Shown in pieces: positions 1 to 13,719 of a stretch of DNA of 64,000 bases (the stretch's first letter is position 1; the number at the start of each line of letters is the position of its first letter). The translations under genes and the position numbers were made by a program. The notes under the pieces were generated by a model that was given only the letters and a program-made list of their open reading frames with translations, was not told the origin of the DNA and made no database searches. This DNA comes from an uncultured delta proteobacterium (lineage in GTDB: Bacteria > Myxococcota_A > UBA9160 > SMWR01), in the NCBI GenBank assembly GCA_963832165.1, contig CAWHTE010000007.1, positions 384,001 through 448,000 on the forward strand. The letters run 5' to 3'.

Positions 1-12
1 CGCGAGCCACGC

Positions 13-1136
13 TCAGAGCCGCATCGGCATTACGACCGCGAGCGCGTCGCGTCGTCGCTGGGCGAGAGCTCTGCGGGCGACAGCGCGTCGCGGAACCCGA
101 AGCGGATTTCCTTGCTGCGCGCGGCCGAGACGGCGTCGATCAGATAGCGCGCGTTGAAGGCGATGCTCGTGGTCTCGCCCGCGTAGTCGACGTCGAGCTC
201 CTCGCGCGCATCGCCGAGATCGGGATTGTTCGACGACAGCCGCATCTGGCCCTCGGAGAGTTCGAGCTTCACCGCTCTGCTGCGCTCGGCCGACAGCAGT
301 GCGACGCGGCGCAGCGCGTGCGTGAACACCTCGGTCGGCAGCGTGAGCTGCTGACCGTGCTCACTCGGGATCACCTGGCGGTAGTTCGGGAACTCACCCT
401 CGATCAGGCGCATCGTGAGCGTGACGGTGCCCTTGCGCGCGAGACCGTTGTTGCCCTCGAAGCCGATCTCGATCTCGTCGGCGTCTTCCTCGTCGACGAG
501 CTTCTTGAGCTCGGCGAGGCCCTTGCGCGGGATGATCACGCCCGCGTCCGCGAGCGAAGTGAGGCTCTCGCCGAGTGCGCGGTCGACGTAGGCGAGGCGA
601 TGACCATCCGTGGCCACCATGCGCAGCTTGCCGGTCTCGGCGATCCGCTCGACGAAGACGCCGTTCAGGTTGTAGCGGGTCTCGTCGGTCGAGGCCGCGT
701 ACATCGTGCGCTCGATCATCTCGGACAGCACCGCCGCGGGAACCGTCGCGAGTGATTTGGGCGCGAAGTTCGGCAGGCTCGGGTATTCCTCGGCGGTGGT
801 TCCCGCCAGCGTGAACTCGGCACGCGCACAGCGCAGCGTCAGATAGGCGTTGCTCGAGGCCTCGAGGTGCACCTTCTCGTCGGGAAGCTCGCGCACGATC
901 TCGTGCAGCTTGCGCGCGGAGACCGTGAGGCGACCGGCTTTCGCGACCTCGCACGCATGCGAGCTGCGGATACCCACTTCGAGGTCGGTTGCGGCGAGCT
1001 CGAGCGAACCGTCCTTCTTGCCAGTCACCTCGAGCAACGCGTTGGCCAGGATCGGCATCGTGTTGCGCTTCTCGACGATCGACTGGATCCGGCCGAGGCC
1101 GCGCTGGAACTCGCTCTTCTCGATCGTGAACTTCAT
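13..1136 (-). CDS. dnaN: DNA polymerase III beta sliding clamp; apparent 1-nt frameshift near pos. 48
   Basis: MKFTIEK...NTMPILAN, ATDLEV, DETRYNLNG, VATDGHRL, RLIEGEFPNY motifs. The canonical C-terminus (ALAVVMPMRL*, stop at 13-15) lies in a shifted frame. Confidence 0.96.
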
Positions 1137-1415
1137 GGCTGGTCTTTCCTTGCCAGAGAGCTGTGTTTCTTTCTTCTCTGGTGCTTTCTCGACCTTCAAC
1201 AGTAGTAGGAAGAAGGGTGCGCCGGAGGACAGAACTCAGTCAACGCACCGACGGCGCACGGACTTCTAGGCTCGCCGGGGAGCCCGAACGATCTGTGCAG
1301 AACCCCCCGAACGGGAGTGATCCTCTGCGCAGATCACTCCGTCGAGGCGATGGTACCACGCGAGTCGTGCCGGAGATTCGATTTCGCGTCGCAGATTGCA
1401 TGCGAATCCGATCGG

Positions 1416-1450
1416 TTGACATGCACTCGGAGCCGCGGCAACGTTGCCGC
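1416..1450 (+). promoter_or_regulatory. Putative sigma70 promoter of rpmH, with a 16-bp perfect palindrome over the -10 region
   Basis: TTGACA at 1416-1421; GCGGCAACGTTGCCGC palindrome at 1435-1450; the -10 match is weak. Confidence 0.4.
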
Positions 1451-1521
1451 CTCCCGCGTACCGGGCTCGCTGTGGCCGTAGGCCTCCAGCGCTTCACCGG
1501 CTGACTCCAAGGTCCGTACTC

Positions 1522-1678
1522 ATGAAGCGCACCTATCAACCGAGCCGGATCCGGCGCCGTCGTGTCCATGGCTTCCGCTGCGCGGATGAAGACACAGGGC
1601 GGCCGACTCGTGCTCAAACGTCGCCGCGCCAAGGGACGGAAGCGGCTCACTCCGTCGACTCCGTCGAAGCGAGGGTGA
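1522..1678 (+). CDS. rpmH: 50S ribosomal protein L34; one extra base near 1579
   Basis: MKRTYQPSRIRRRRVHGFR, continuing in a shifted frame as ARMKTQGGRLVLKRRRAKGRKRL...*. Confidence 0.95.
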
Positions 1679-2025
1679 TCCCTCCGACCGGACCGTTCCC
1701 CCGGGAGGTACGGATCCGGCGATCGCGCGAGTTTCGGGAGATGAGCAATCAGGGACGGCGCCAGAGCTCGGCGGCGTTCGTGATGCTCGTGGGCGCCACG
1801 CGTGAAGACGCGCACGCCCGGCTCGGTGTCACGGTCGGGCGCAAGGTCGGGAACGCGGTGGTGAGAAACCGCGTGAAACGGCGAATTCGCGAGTGGTTCC
1901 GGCGCGAGGGCCAGGAGCTCCTGTCGGGACGCGACCTCGTGGTGATCGCGCGCGGTCAGTCGGCGAACCTCACGGGAAACGGGGTGTTCGCCGAGCTGAG
2001 CCGGGTCGCGCAGGGCGTCCGGTGA
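1675..2025 (+). CDS. rnpA: RNase P protein component
   Basis: [25 protein letters not shown] motif; GTGA overlap with the rpmH stop. Confidence 0.95.
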   Translation: MIPPTGPFPREVRIRRSREFREMSNQGRRQSSAAFVMLVGATREDAHARLGVTVGRKVGNAVVRNRVKRRIREWFRREGQELLSGRDLVVIARGQSANLTGNGVFAELSRVAQGVR

Positions 2026-2279
2026 GTGCAGAGGTCCATTTGCCCCACCCGAGCGCGCCGACGCATGGGCTGCGCCGGGCGATCGTCGCCGTGATCCGCA
2101 TCTATCAGCTCGTGCTGTCGCCCTTGATCGGGCCCGCGTGCCGTTTCGAGCCGAGCTGCTCGGCGTACGCGAGCGAGGCGATCGCGCGTCACGGCGTGAT
2201 CCGGGGCGTCCGGCTCGCTCTGACGCGCATCGGACGCTGCCATCCCTGGGGCGGCTTCGGCTACGACCCGGTGCCCTGA
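2022..2279 (+). CDS. yidD: Membrane protein insertion efficiency factor
   Basis: YQLVLSP...[10 protein letters not shown]...[14 protein letters not shown]. Confidence 0.95.
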   Translation: MSAEVHLPHPSAPTHGLRRAIVAVIRIYQLVLSPLIGPACRFEPSCSAYASEAIARHGVIRGVRLALTRIGRCHPWGGFGYDPVP

Positions 2280-2287
2280 GGGACGAC

Positions 2288-3949
2288 GTGGACCGCAACC
2301 TGTTGCTCGCGTTCGCGCTTTCGTTCGTCGTGCTCTCGGTCTGGACGATGATGCAGCCGCCACGCCCCAAGCCGGAGACGGTGGCCGAGGCGCCCGCCGC
2401 CACCGAGGCGCCGGCCGCGCCCGCGCAGCGCTTCCCCGAGCTACCCGCACCCGAGGTCGCGCCCGCAGCGCCTGCCCCGCCTGCCGACGCACCGGCGGCC
2501 CCCGCGGAGTCGATCGCGATCGAGCGTCCGCTCTACCGCGCGGAGCTCTCGAACGAAGGCGCCTCGTTGCGCGATTGGGAGCTCTCGCAGTACCGCGACA
2601 GCCACGACGAGCCGATCCGGCTCGTCGACCGCGGCGATCGGCTCGCGACCGGCGCCACGCCGTTCGCGGAGCTCGCGCTCGGCGATCTGTCGCAGCAGAG
2701 GTGGCGCGTCGAGAGCCGGTCCGACACCGAAGTGCGTTTCGCGTGGGAAGCGCGCGGTGTTGCAGTGCGCAAGACCTACGCGTTCTCCGACGACGGCTAC
2801 GATTTCCGCCTACGCATAGATGTGTCGAACCGCAGTGCGGCGCCGATCGCGCCGATGTTCCTCGTCGAGTTGCCGCTCGTGGAGCGCGTGGGCAACGATT
2901 TCCGCGAGCTGAGCGCCAGCGCGCTCCACCTCGGATCGGTCGAGCACGTTGCGCTCGCGAGCCTCGGCAGCGCGGGCATGTTCGGCTGGCTCACGGGCAA
3001 GCAGGGCGGGGCGCCGGTCGAATTCGTCGGCGAGATCGACTGGGCCGGTGTGCAGACTCCCTACTTCCTCGCCGCGTTCTTTCCGGATCAGCCCGCGACC
3101 GCGCGCACGCGCGTCGTGACGCTGGAAGAGGGGAAGCACGGTGTCGTGCAGATCTACTTCGATCCCGTGACACTCGCGCCCGCGCAGAGCGCCACGCGCG
3201 AGTACCGCGCCTACTTCGGACCGAAGGAGATCGAGCGCCTCGAGGCGTTCGCTCCGGCGGCGGTGAGCTCGATCGATCTCGGCTGGTCGTTCGTCGAGCC
3301 CGTGACGCGCGCGTTCGGCTGGCTGCTCGCGGTGCTGCACTCGTTCGTGCCCAACTACGGCTGGGCGATCATCATTCTCACGATCCTCGTGCGTGTCGCG
3401 ATGGCGCCGCTCACGGTGAAGCAGATGCGCTCGATGGAGCGCATGCGACTGCTCCAGCCCAAGATCAAGGAGATCCAGGAGAAGTTCGCGGACGACCGCC
3501 CTAAGCAGTCCGAGGCGATGATGAGCCTCTACCGGCAGGAGAAGGTGAACCCGCTGGGCGGCTGCCTGCCGATGTTCCTGCAGCTGCCCGTGTTCATCGG
3601 GCTGTTCTACGCGCTGCGCAGCTCGATCCAGCTGCGCCAGGCGCCTTTCTTCGGCTGGATCGACGACCTCGCTGCGCCCGATCTCTTGTTCACGATCCCG
3701 GGCGCCGACTTCCCGGTGCGAGTGCTTCCGATCTTGATGGGCGCCTCGATGTTCGTCCAGCAGAAGATCACGCCGGTCCAGATGGATCCTGCACAGGCGC
3801 GCATGATGCTGATCATGATGCCCGGCATGATGACGGTGGTTTCCTACTCGTTTCCGTCGGGCTTGGTGCTCTACTGGATGATGAGTAATGTCCTCGCGAT
3901 CTCGCATCAGCTCTGGCTCGGTCGCCAGATGAAGCCCGCCGCGAGCTGA
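2288..3949 (+). CDS. yidC: Membrane protein insertase
   Basis: N-terminal TM helix and periplasmic domain; NYGWAII, NPLGGCLP, LRQAPF, LVLYW motifs. Confidence 0.97.
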   Translation: MDRNLLLAFALSFVVLSVWTMMQPPRPKPETVAEAPAATEAPAAPAQRFPELPAPEVAPAAPAPPADAPAAPAESIAIERPLYRAELSNEGASLRDWELSQYRDSHDEPIRLVDRGDRLATGATPFAELALGDLSQQRWRVESRSDTEVRFAWEARGVAVRKTYAFSDDGYDFRLRIDVSNRSAAPIAPMFLVELPLVERVGNDFRELSASALHLGSVEHVALASLGSAGMFGWLTGKQGGAPVEFVGEIDWAGVQTPYFLAAFFPDQPATARTRVVTLEEGKHGVVQIYFDPVTLAPAQSATREYRAYFGPKEIERLEAFAPAAVSSIDLGWSFVEPVTRAFGWLLAVLHSFVPNYGWAIIILTILVRVAMAPLTVKQMRSMERMRLLQPKIKEIQEKFADDRPKQSEAMMSLYRQEKVNPLGGCLPMFLQLPVFIGLFYALRSSIQLRQAPFFGWIDDLAAPDLLFTIPGADFPVRVLPILMGASMFVQQKITPVQMDPAQARMMLIMMPGMMTVVSYSFPSGLVLYWMMSNVLAISHQLWLGRQMKPAAS

Positions 3950-3971
3950 CGAAGTCCGAGAGGAGTGTCCC

Positions 3972-4913
3972 GTGTACGACCCCAAGCAGGAGCCGCACGA
4001 GTTCGTCGCCGAGAATCGCGAGGCGGCGCTCGAGAAAGCGCGCTCGTTCTTTGGCCTCGCGGCTGACCAGCTCCTGGTATCGGAGCCCGCGCCCGGAGAG
4101 GTCTACGGGCTCTCGGGGCGCACCGTGGTCGTCGCGGTACCGCGCGATCGCAAGCCGCCGCAGCGCTCGGACCGCGGTGAAGGCGGCCGCGATCGGGATC
4201 GAGATCGAGGGCGTGGGGGTCGCGATCGCGACCGGGATCGGGGCCGCGGCGGACGCGACCGCGACGGACGCGGGGGCCGCGAGATGCGTGGGGGCTACGA
4301 GGGCCGCGAGATGCGCGGTGGCCACGAGGGCCGCGAGCGAGACCGCGGTCCGCGTGAGTTCGCGCCGGCCCCCCCAGTTTCGAACGAGCCTTCGATCGGC
4401 TCCGTCGAGGGCACGCTCGGTGAGATCGGCGAGTTCGTGAAGGGTGCGATCGAGCGGCTCGAGGTGGGCCCGTTCGCGATTCGCGAGAGCCAGGACGGGG
4501 CGAACACCGTCGTGGAGATCAAGGGCCCTGCGGCGGCGCTGCTCGCAGGGGGTGAAGCGCGCGGACTCGATGCGCTGCAGCTGCTCGCGAACCAGGTGCT
4601 GCTGCGCCGCGACGAGCAGGCGACGGGCCGCGTGGTGCTCGACGTGGAAGGCGGCTCGGATTCGCGCGAGGCGCATCTCGAGCGCCTGGCCGAGCGCGTG
4701 GTGAAGCGCGCGCTCGAGGGGGGACGCGCGATCGCGCTCGACCCCATGAACGGACGCGACCGCCGGACGATCCACATCAGCGTTCGCGAGTACGAGGACG
4801 TCGCCACGATGAGCATCGGCGAGGGTCGGTTCCGCCAGGTGGTCGTGGTGCCCAAGGGCGCTCCCGAGTACGAGGAAGCGCTGCGTCAGAGCCAGGCGAG
4901 CCCCAACGAGTAG
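3972..4913 (+). CDS. jag: Jag/KhpB-like RNA-binding protein (Jag N-terminus, RD/RG low-complexity linker, KH-like and R3H regions)
   Basis: LDALQLL...VVLDV, LDPMNGRDRRTIH (R3H), SIGEG; canonical position after yidC. Confidence 0.85.
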   Translation: MYDPKQEPHEFVAENREAALEKARSFFGLAADQLLVSEPAPGEVYGLSGRTVVVAVPRDRKPPQRSDRGEGGRDRDRDRGRGGRDRDRDRGRGGRDRDGRGGREMRGGYEGREMRGGHEGRERDRGPREFAPAPPVSNEPSIGSVEGTLGEIGEFVKGAIERLEVGPFAIRESQDGANTVVEIKGPAAALLAGGEARGLDALQLLANQVLLRRDEQATGRVVLDVEGGSDSREAHLERLAERVVKRALEGGRAIALDPMNGRDRRTIHISVREYEDVATMSIGEGRFRQVVVVPKGAPEYEEALRQSQASPNE

Positions 4914-4930
4914 GGCGGATGTGATCCGCC
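4910..4930 (+). repeat. GTAG-type REP-like palindrome
   Basis: GTAG + GGCGGAT-gtg-ATCCGCC; its TAG is the jag stop codon. Confidence 0.65.
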
Positions 4931-4988
4931 TGTCCGGGTAGAGAGCCCGGGGGGTGCCTGCTCCCCCTCGTGCGTCGATGGCTGGACC

Positions 4989-5004
4989 TGTTCCACGTGG
5001 AACG
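4989..5004. promoter_or_regulatory. parS centromere site 1
   Basis: TGTTCCACGTGGAACG palindrome upstream of parAB. Confidence 0.9.
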
Positions 5005-5026
5005 GAATCCTCCGCCACCACTTCAG

Positions 5027-5042
5027 GGTTCCACGTGGAACA
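5027..5042. promoter_or_regulatory. parS centromere site 2
   Basis: GGTTCCACGTGGAACA palindrome. Confidence 0.9.
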
Positions 5043-5673
5043 CACGAAAGACCTGCGCCGGGTGCTGGCAGAAGGGCTCGCGGAGCTCGGGCTCAGCGCC
5101 GACTCTGGCGCGCTGGATCGCTGGGAGAAGCTCGCGCGGCTCCTGGATCGGTGGAGTGAGCGGATCAATCTCACGGGTCACCGCGGAGCGATTGCGATCG
5201 CAGAGAGGTTGCTGCTCGAGTCCGCCGCGCTGGGCCAGGTGCTCCCGACGGCCGAGACGATCGCGGATCTAGGGTCGGGAGCCGGTATCCCGGGGCTACC
5301 ACTCGCGATTTCCCGCCCCGAATGCTCGGTTCGGCTCGTCGAATCGAGGGAGCGCCGCCATCATTTCCAACGCGCCGCGATCCGCGAGCTCGGCCTCGAC
5401 AACGCAGTCGCGCTACTCGGCCGGGCAGAAGAGATCGAGGTCCAGCCGAGTCAGGGAGTGGTCGCCCAGGCGATGGCTCATCCCGATCGGGCCCTGGGCT
5501 GGATGCGTCCCTGGGCGGGGCCCGGGGGCTGGCTCGCACTCGCGACCGTACCGGGCACCGAGCTCAGCCACCCGGATCTCCTGCCAGGACGGGCACTTCG
5601 CTACGCCGCGCCGCGCGGACCCGAGCGGTCGGTCTGGATCGCGTATTTGCGGCCACTCGATTCCAGCGCGTAA
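5035..5673 (+). CDS. rsmG: 16S rRNA m7G527 methyltransferase (start uncertain)
   Basis: W...INLT, DLGSGAGIPG, LVES, GRAEE motifs; lies upstream of parA. Confidence 0.88.
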   Translation: MEHTKDLRRVLAEGLAELGLSADSGALDRWEKLARLLDRWSERINLTGHRGAIAIAERLLLESAALGQVLPTAETIADLGSGAGIPGLPLAISRPECSVRLVESRERRHHFQRAAIRELGLDNAVALLGRAEEIEVQPSQGVVAQAMAHPDRALGWMRPWAGPGGWLALATVPGTELSHPDLLPGRALRYAAPRGPERSVWIAYLRPLDSSA

Positions 5674-5839
5674 CTCGTCGGAAATACGCTGGAAACTCGA
5701 GTTCCCGCGCACGGGCGCGAGCTCGTCGCTTGGATTCGCGCATCCACTTGTGTTATCAAGGGAAAAGAGACGCTATCCCCAGGGGGATCAAGCTGGGGTG
5801 ACTCTGGAGCCGAGCGCAGCGGGCGGGGGGTGAGTGGGG

Positions 5840-6670
5840 ATGACCCATCCGGGGCGGGTCTACGCCATCGTCAACCAGAAGGGCGGCGTCGGTAAGACGA
5901 CGACCGCCGTCAATCTGGCTGCGAGCCTCGCCGCGTCAGAGCGCTCCACGCTGCTGGTCGACTTCGATCCCCAGGCCAATGCGACGAGCGCATTCGGCCA
6001 GAGCGGCAGCCAGCCCCAGGTTTATGACGCTCTGAGCGGCGACTGCGTCATCAAGGCGATGACGCGCGCCACGGATCTGCGTTATCTGCATCTCGTGCCG
6101 TCGGGCCGCGACCTCTACGGCGCCGAGATCGAGCTGGTGTCCGCGATCAACCGCGAGCGCCGGCTCGAGCGCGCGCTGTCGGAGATCCGCGACGCGTACG
6201 AGATCGTGTTGATCGACTGCCCGCCCTCGCTCGGGCTCTTGACGCTCAACGCGCTGACTGCGGCCGACGCGGTGATCATCCCGCTGCAATGCGAGTACTA
6301 CGCGCTCGAAGGCCTCGCGGGCCTGCTCGAGACGATCGAGCTCGTGCGGCGCGAACTCAACCCGGGTCTCGCACTCGAGGGCGTCCTGCTCACGATGGCC
6401 GACGCGCGCAACAACCTGTCGCGCCAGGTCCAGGACGAGGTGCGCACGCACTTCGCAGCGCAGGCGTTCACGACGGTGATTCCGCGCAACGTGCGGCTGT
6501 CCGAGGCACCGAGCCACGCAATGCCCATCCTGCTCTACGACGTGCACTCGAAGGGCGCGATCGCCTATCTCGAGCTCGCCGCAGAGCTGATCCGCCGTCT
6601 TCCGCCGCCGCAGGTGCCGGTGGCGCCACCGTCGCCCGCATTCCCGGCGCCGTCAGGAGAATCGACATGA
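5840..6670 (+). CDS. parA: Chromosome partitioning ATPase
   Basis: NQKGGVGKTTT, DFDPQANAT, IDCPPSLG, QCEYYALEG, IPRNVRLSEAPS. Confidence 0.97.
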   Translation: MTHPGRVYAIVNQKGGVGKTTTAVNLAASLAASERSTLLVDFDPQANATSAFGQSGSQPQVYDALSGDCVIKAMTRATDLRYLHLVPSGRDLYGAEIELVSAINRERRLERALSEIRDAYEIVLIDCPPSLGLLTLNALTAADAVIIPLQCEYYALEGLAGLLETIELVRRELNPGLALEGVLLTMADARNNLSRQVQDEVRTHFAAQAFTTVIPRNVRLSEAPSHAMPILLYDVHSKGAIAYLELAAELIRRLPPPQVPVAPPSPAFPAPSGEST

Positions 6671-7542
6671 GCAATCCCCGCAACGCGCTCGGCCGCGGCA
6701 TCGGCGCACTGATTCCGGGCGCGCGTCCGGCCTCGCAAGCCCCGGCACCCGTCGAGCCGCGCGAGCGCGCGGGTGAGATCGCCGTCGCCGACATCGACCC
6801 GAACCCCGATCAGCCGCGCCGCACGTTCGAGCCCGGCGCGCTCGACGCGCTCGCCGAGTCGATCCGCGTGCACGGCGTGCTCCAGCCGGTCGTCGTGCGC
6901 CGCGCGGGCGACCGCTACGAGCTCGTCGTGGGCGAGCGGCGTTGGCGTGCGTCAAAACAGGCCGGCCTTGCGTCAATTCCCGCGGTCGTGCTCGAAATCG
7001 ACCCGCGCGACCGGCTCGAAGTCGCGCTGGTCGAGAATGTCCAGCGCCGCGACCTGAATCCGATCGAGCTCGCGGTCGCCTTCCGCGCGCTCGCCGACAC
7101 GGGGGCAACGCAAGAGGAAATCGGCCAACGCGTCGGCATGGACCGGTCCTCGATCGCGAACCATCTGCGCCTGCTCGAGCTCTCGCGCGAAATCCAGGCG
7201 GATGTCGAGGCGGGCCACGTCACGATCGGCCACGCGAAGGCGCTGCTCTCGCTCTCGAACCCGGAGCGCCGCCGCCACCTGCGCGATCGGATCGTCGCCG
7301 AGCAGCTCTCGGTGCGCGCCGCGGAGGAGATCGCTCGCCCGACGCCGCGCCCCGCGGCCGATCCCGAGCGGTCGCGCGGGCGCCAGGATCCGCACCTGCA
7401 GGGCGTCGCGGACGCGCTGCGCCAGCGCTTCCAGACGCGTGTGCGCGTCAAAGGCGGTGCCGAGCGCGGGCGCATCGAGATCGAGTACTTCGGCGCCGAG
7501 GATTTCGATCGCATCACCGGCGTGCTGCTCGGCGATGTCTGA
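6667..7542 (+). CDS. parB: Chromosome partitioning protein
   Basis: ALGRG N-terminus, PDQPR, GERRWRA, ENVQRRDLNPIE, HTH region. Confidence 0.97.
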   Translation: MSNPRNALGRGIGALIPGARPASQAPAPVEPRERAGEIAVADIDPNPDQPRRTFEPGALDALAESIRVHGVLQPVVVRRAGDRYELVVGERRWRASKQAGLASIPAVVLEIDPRDRLEVALVENVQRRDLNPIELAVAFRALADTGATQEEIGQRVGMDRSSIANHLRLLELSREIQADVEAGHVTIGHAKALLSLSNPERRRHLRDRIVAEQLSVRAAEEIARPTPRPAADPERSRGRQDPHLQGVADALRQRFQTRVRVKGGAERGRIEIEYFGAEDFDRITGVLLGDV

Positions 7543-7930
7543 GCCGGAGCTCGACGTCGCGCTCGGCCCCGACATGGACTTCGAGGGCCTGCTCGTGCTG
7601 CCGAAGCCGGCCCGGATCGACGGGCGCGTCCACGGAACCGTGATGGCCGGGTCGTCGGTGTGGGTCGGTGCTACCGGGATCGTCGAGGCGGACCTCGAGG
7701 CCGACGTGATCGTGGTCGAGGGCACCGTGCTCGGTGATATCCGCGCGCGCACCTCGATCGACCTGGGACCCGACGCGATCGTGAGCGGCGACATGACAGG
7801 GCCGCGCATGACCGTGGCCGAGGGCGCGACAGTGAACGGCCTCTGCCGCTGCGGAAACCCCGGGGTCGACGACGGCGTAACTCGCGTCGAGCTCGACCGC
7901 CGGCCCGCGACGACGGCGTCGGCGTCTTGA
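7535..7930 (+). CDS. Bactofilin (polymer-forming cytoskeletal protein)
   Basis: G-V/I-x-G beta-helix repeats (RIDGRVHG, GIVEADL, VEGTVLGDI, VAEGATVNG); overlaps the parB stop. Confidence 0.85.
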   Translation: MSEPELDVALGPDMDFEGLLVLPKPARIDGRVHGTVMAGSSVWVGATGIVEADLEADVIVVEGTVLGDIRARTSIDLGPDAIVSGDMTGPRMTVAEGATVNGLCRCGNPGVDDGVTRVELDRRPATTASAS

Positions 7931-8096
7931 AGTTCGTCGCGGCTATGTAAGAATTCCGCCGCCCAAAGACCGGCGGTCTCCGCCGGTTCTCGTGTTTTAT
8001 AGCCCCACTTTCTCATCCACCACCTCATCGGGAAGCGGTGAAGCGGGCGCGGCCCTCGCGGCGCCTCCGTCGCCCATCGTGGGGGATCCCCGTTCC

Positions 8097-8645
8097 ATGA
8101 AGCGACTGCAAACGCCGCGAAGCGCCGAGGGCCGTCTGTCGATGCCGCACGCCGCTATCTGGATGGGCGCGCTGCTGCTCCTGCCCTCGCTCGCGGCCGC
8201 GTCCGAGGGCGGGCTCGTACTCGTGCCCGACCCGACCGTGATGCTCACGCTGATCGCGTTCTTCGTGCTGCTGATCGCGCCCGCGAACGCATTCGTGTTC
8301 AAGCCGCTCCTGCGCGTGCTCGACGAGCGCGAGGCGCGCACCGCAGGCACGCGCACCAAGGCGGAGCGGCTCGAGCAGGAGGCCGCGGCGATCCTGGCGC
8401 GTTACGAAGAGGCGGTGCGCGAAGCGCGCGAAGAGGGCGAGCGCGGGCGCCGCGCGCTGCTCACCGAGGTGCGCAGCGAGACGCAGCGCGAGATCGCGTC
8501 GGCGCGGCGCGCTGCCGAAGAGCGGCTCGAGAGCGCGCGCGCCGAGCTCGACGCATCGCTCGAGTCCGCGCGCGGCGCGCTGCGCGGCCAGGCGCAGGAG
8601 CTCGCGCGTCAGGCCGCATCACAGGTGCTCGGGAGGGCGCTGTGA
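8097..8645 (+). CDS. F0F1 ATP synthase subunit b' (start uncertain)
   Basis: TM helix + FKPLLRVLDERE + long coiled coil; first gene of the atp cluster. Confidence 0.85.
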   Translation: MKRLQTPRSAEGRLSMPHAAIWMGALLLLPSLAAASEGGLVLVPDPTVMLTLIAFFVLLIAPANAFVFKPLLRVLDEREARTAGTRTKAERLEQEAAAILARYEEAVREAREEGERGRRALLTEVRSETQREIASARRAAEERLESARAELDASLESARGALRGQAQELARQAASQVLGRAL

Positions 8646-9204
8646 TACGCGCTGCGATCTGGACGGTGCTGGCGATGATGGCTTCGGCGGCCCCCGCGAG
8701 CGCGGCCGACGAGGGGGGCCTGCTCTACCCCACGATCAACTTCGTCCTGCTGATCGCGGTGCTCATCTACTTCGCGCGCAAGCCGATCCAGGCCTTCTTC
8801 AGCGACCGCCGCACGGCGATCCGCAAGGACCTCGACGAGGCCGCCGCGATGAAGCGCCAGGCCGAAGAGCGCTATGCGCAGTGGCAGCGGAAGCTCGTGG
8901 ATCTCGAGCGCGAGCTCGCGGAGATCCGCGCCGGTTCGCAGGAGCGCGCCGAGGCCGAGCGCGCGAGCCTGCTCGAGGACGCGCGCGCCGCGGCCGAGCG
9001 GATCCGGTCCGATGCGGCGACGGCGGTCGAGCACGAGCTCCGCCGCGCGCGCACGCGGCTGCGTGAGGAGGCCTCGCAGCTCGCGATCGAGCTCGCGGCC
9101 GGGATCCTGGGCGAGCAGGTCACCGCGCAGGACCGCAACCGCCTGATCGACGAGTTCATCGAGCGCGTGGCGACGCGCGCCGCGAGCCGAGGCGAGCGAA
9201 GTAG
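8642..9204 (+). CDS. atpF: ATP synthase subunit b; reads through into delta as sequenced, probable true stop TAG at 9202-9204
   Basis: INFVLLIAVLIYFARKPI...DRNRLIDEFI. Confidence 0.85.
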
Positions 9205-9211
9205 GAGGCGG
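9163..9211 (+). repeat. Hairpin repeat family copy at the atpF/atpH junction
   Basis: GCGCGT-ggcg-ACGCGC hairpin followed by GCCGCGAGCCGA-GGCGAGCGAAG...AGGCGG, one base shorter than the family core. Confidence 0.7.
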
Positions 9212-9217
9212 AGTGCG

Positions 9218-9762
9218 ATGCGAAGCTCTGCCGCAGCCCGCCGCTATGCGCGAGCGTTGTTCATGCTCGCCGACGAGACGGGCGCAGTCGCGAAGATCCG
9301 CGCCGAGCTCGCCCAGATCTCCGGGTTGTTCGAGTCCGAGCCGCAGCTGCGCAATGCGTTGTTCCGGCCGCTGCATCCGGTGGCCGAGCGGCGCGCGGTG
9401 CTGCGCTCGCTGTGCGAGCGCCTCTCGCTCGAGACCACCCTGCGCAACTTCTTCGCGTACGCGATCGATCAGCGGCGCCTGGTCGACTTCGAAGCGATCC
9501 GCGCCGAGTTCGAGCGACTCGCCGATACGGCTGCGGGGCTCGTCAAGGCGCGCGTCACCGCCGCGGCGCCGCTCGACGACGCCCAGCGCCAGCGGCTCCA
9601 GAGCGCGCTCGCCGCGCGCACGGGCCAGCGCGTCGAGCTCGACGTCTCGGTCGATCCCTCACTGATCGCCGGCGCGGTAGCCGCGGTCGGCAACGTCGTG
9701 TTCGACGGCAGTCTTCGCACGCAGCTCTCCCAGCTGCGCGACACCCTCTCGAGAGGAAACTG

Positions 9763-9763
<1 letters not shown>
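9218..9763 (+). CDS. atpH: ATP synthase subunit delta
   Basis: [35 protein letters not shown] at 9203-9208. Confidence 0.92.
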
Positions 9764-11310
<1,547 letters not shown>

Positions 11311-11311
11311 C

Positions 11312-13718
<2,407 letters not shown>

Positions 13719-13719
<1 letters not shown>

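Noticed and set aside
13..1678. dnaN and rpmH as pseudogenes or programmed frameshifts
   Set aside because: Both are core genes with intact sequence on each side of a single indel. Similar indels recur in the btuF-like gene, the HAMP kinase and nirB, pointing to consensus errors.
1444..2025. 193-aa rpmH-rnpA fusion ORF
   Set aside because: Artefact of the extra base near 1579; rnpA has its own GTG start overlapping the rpmH stop.
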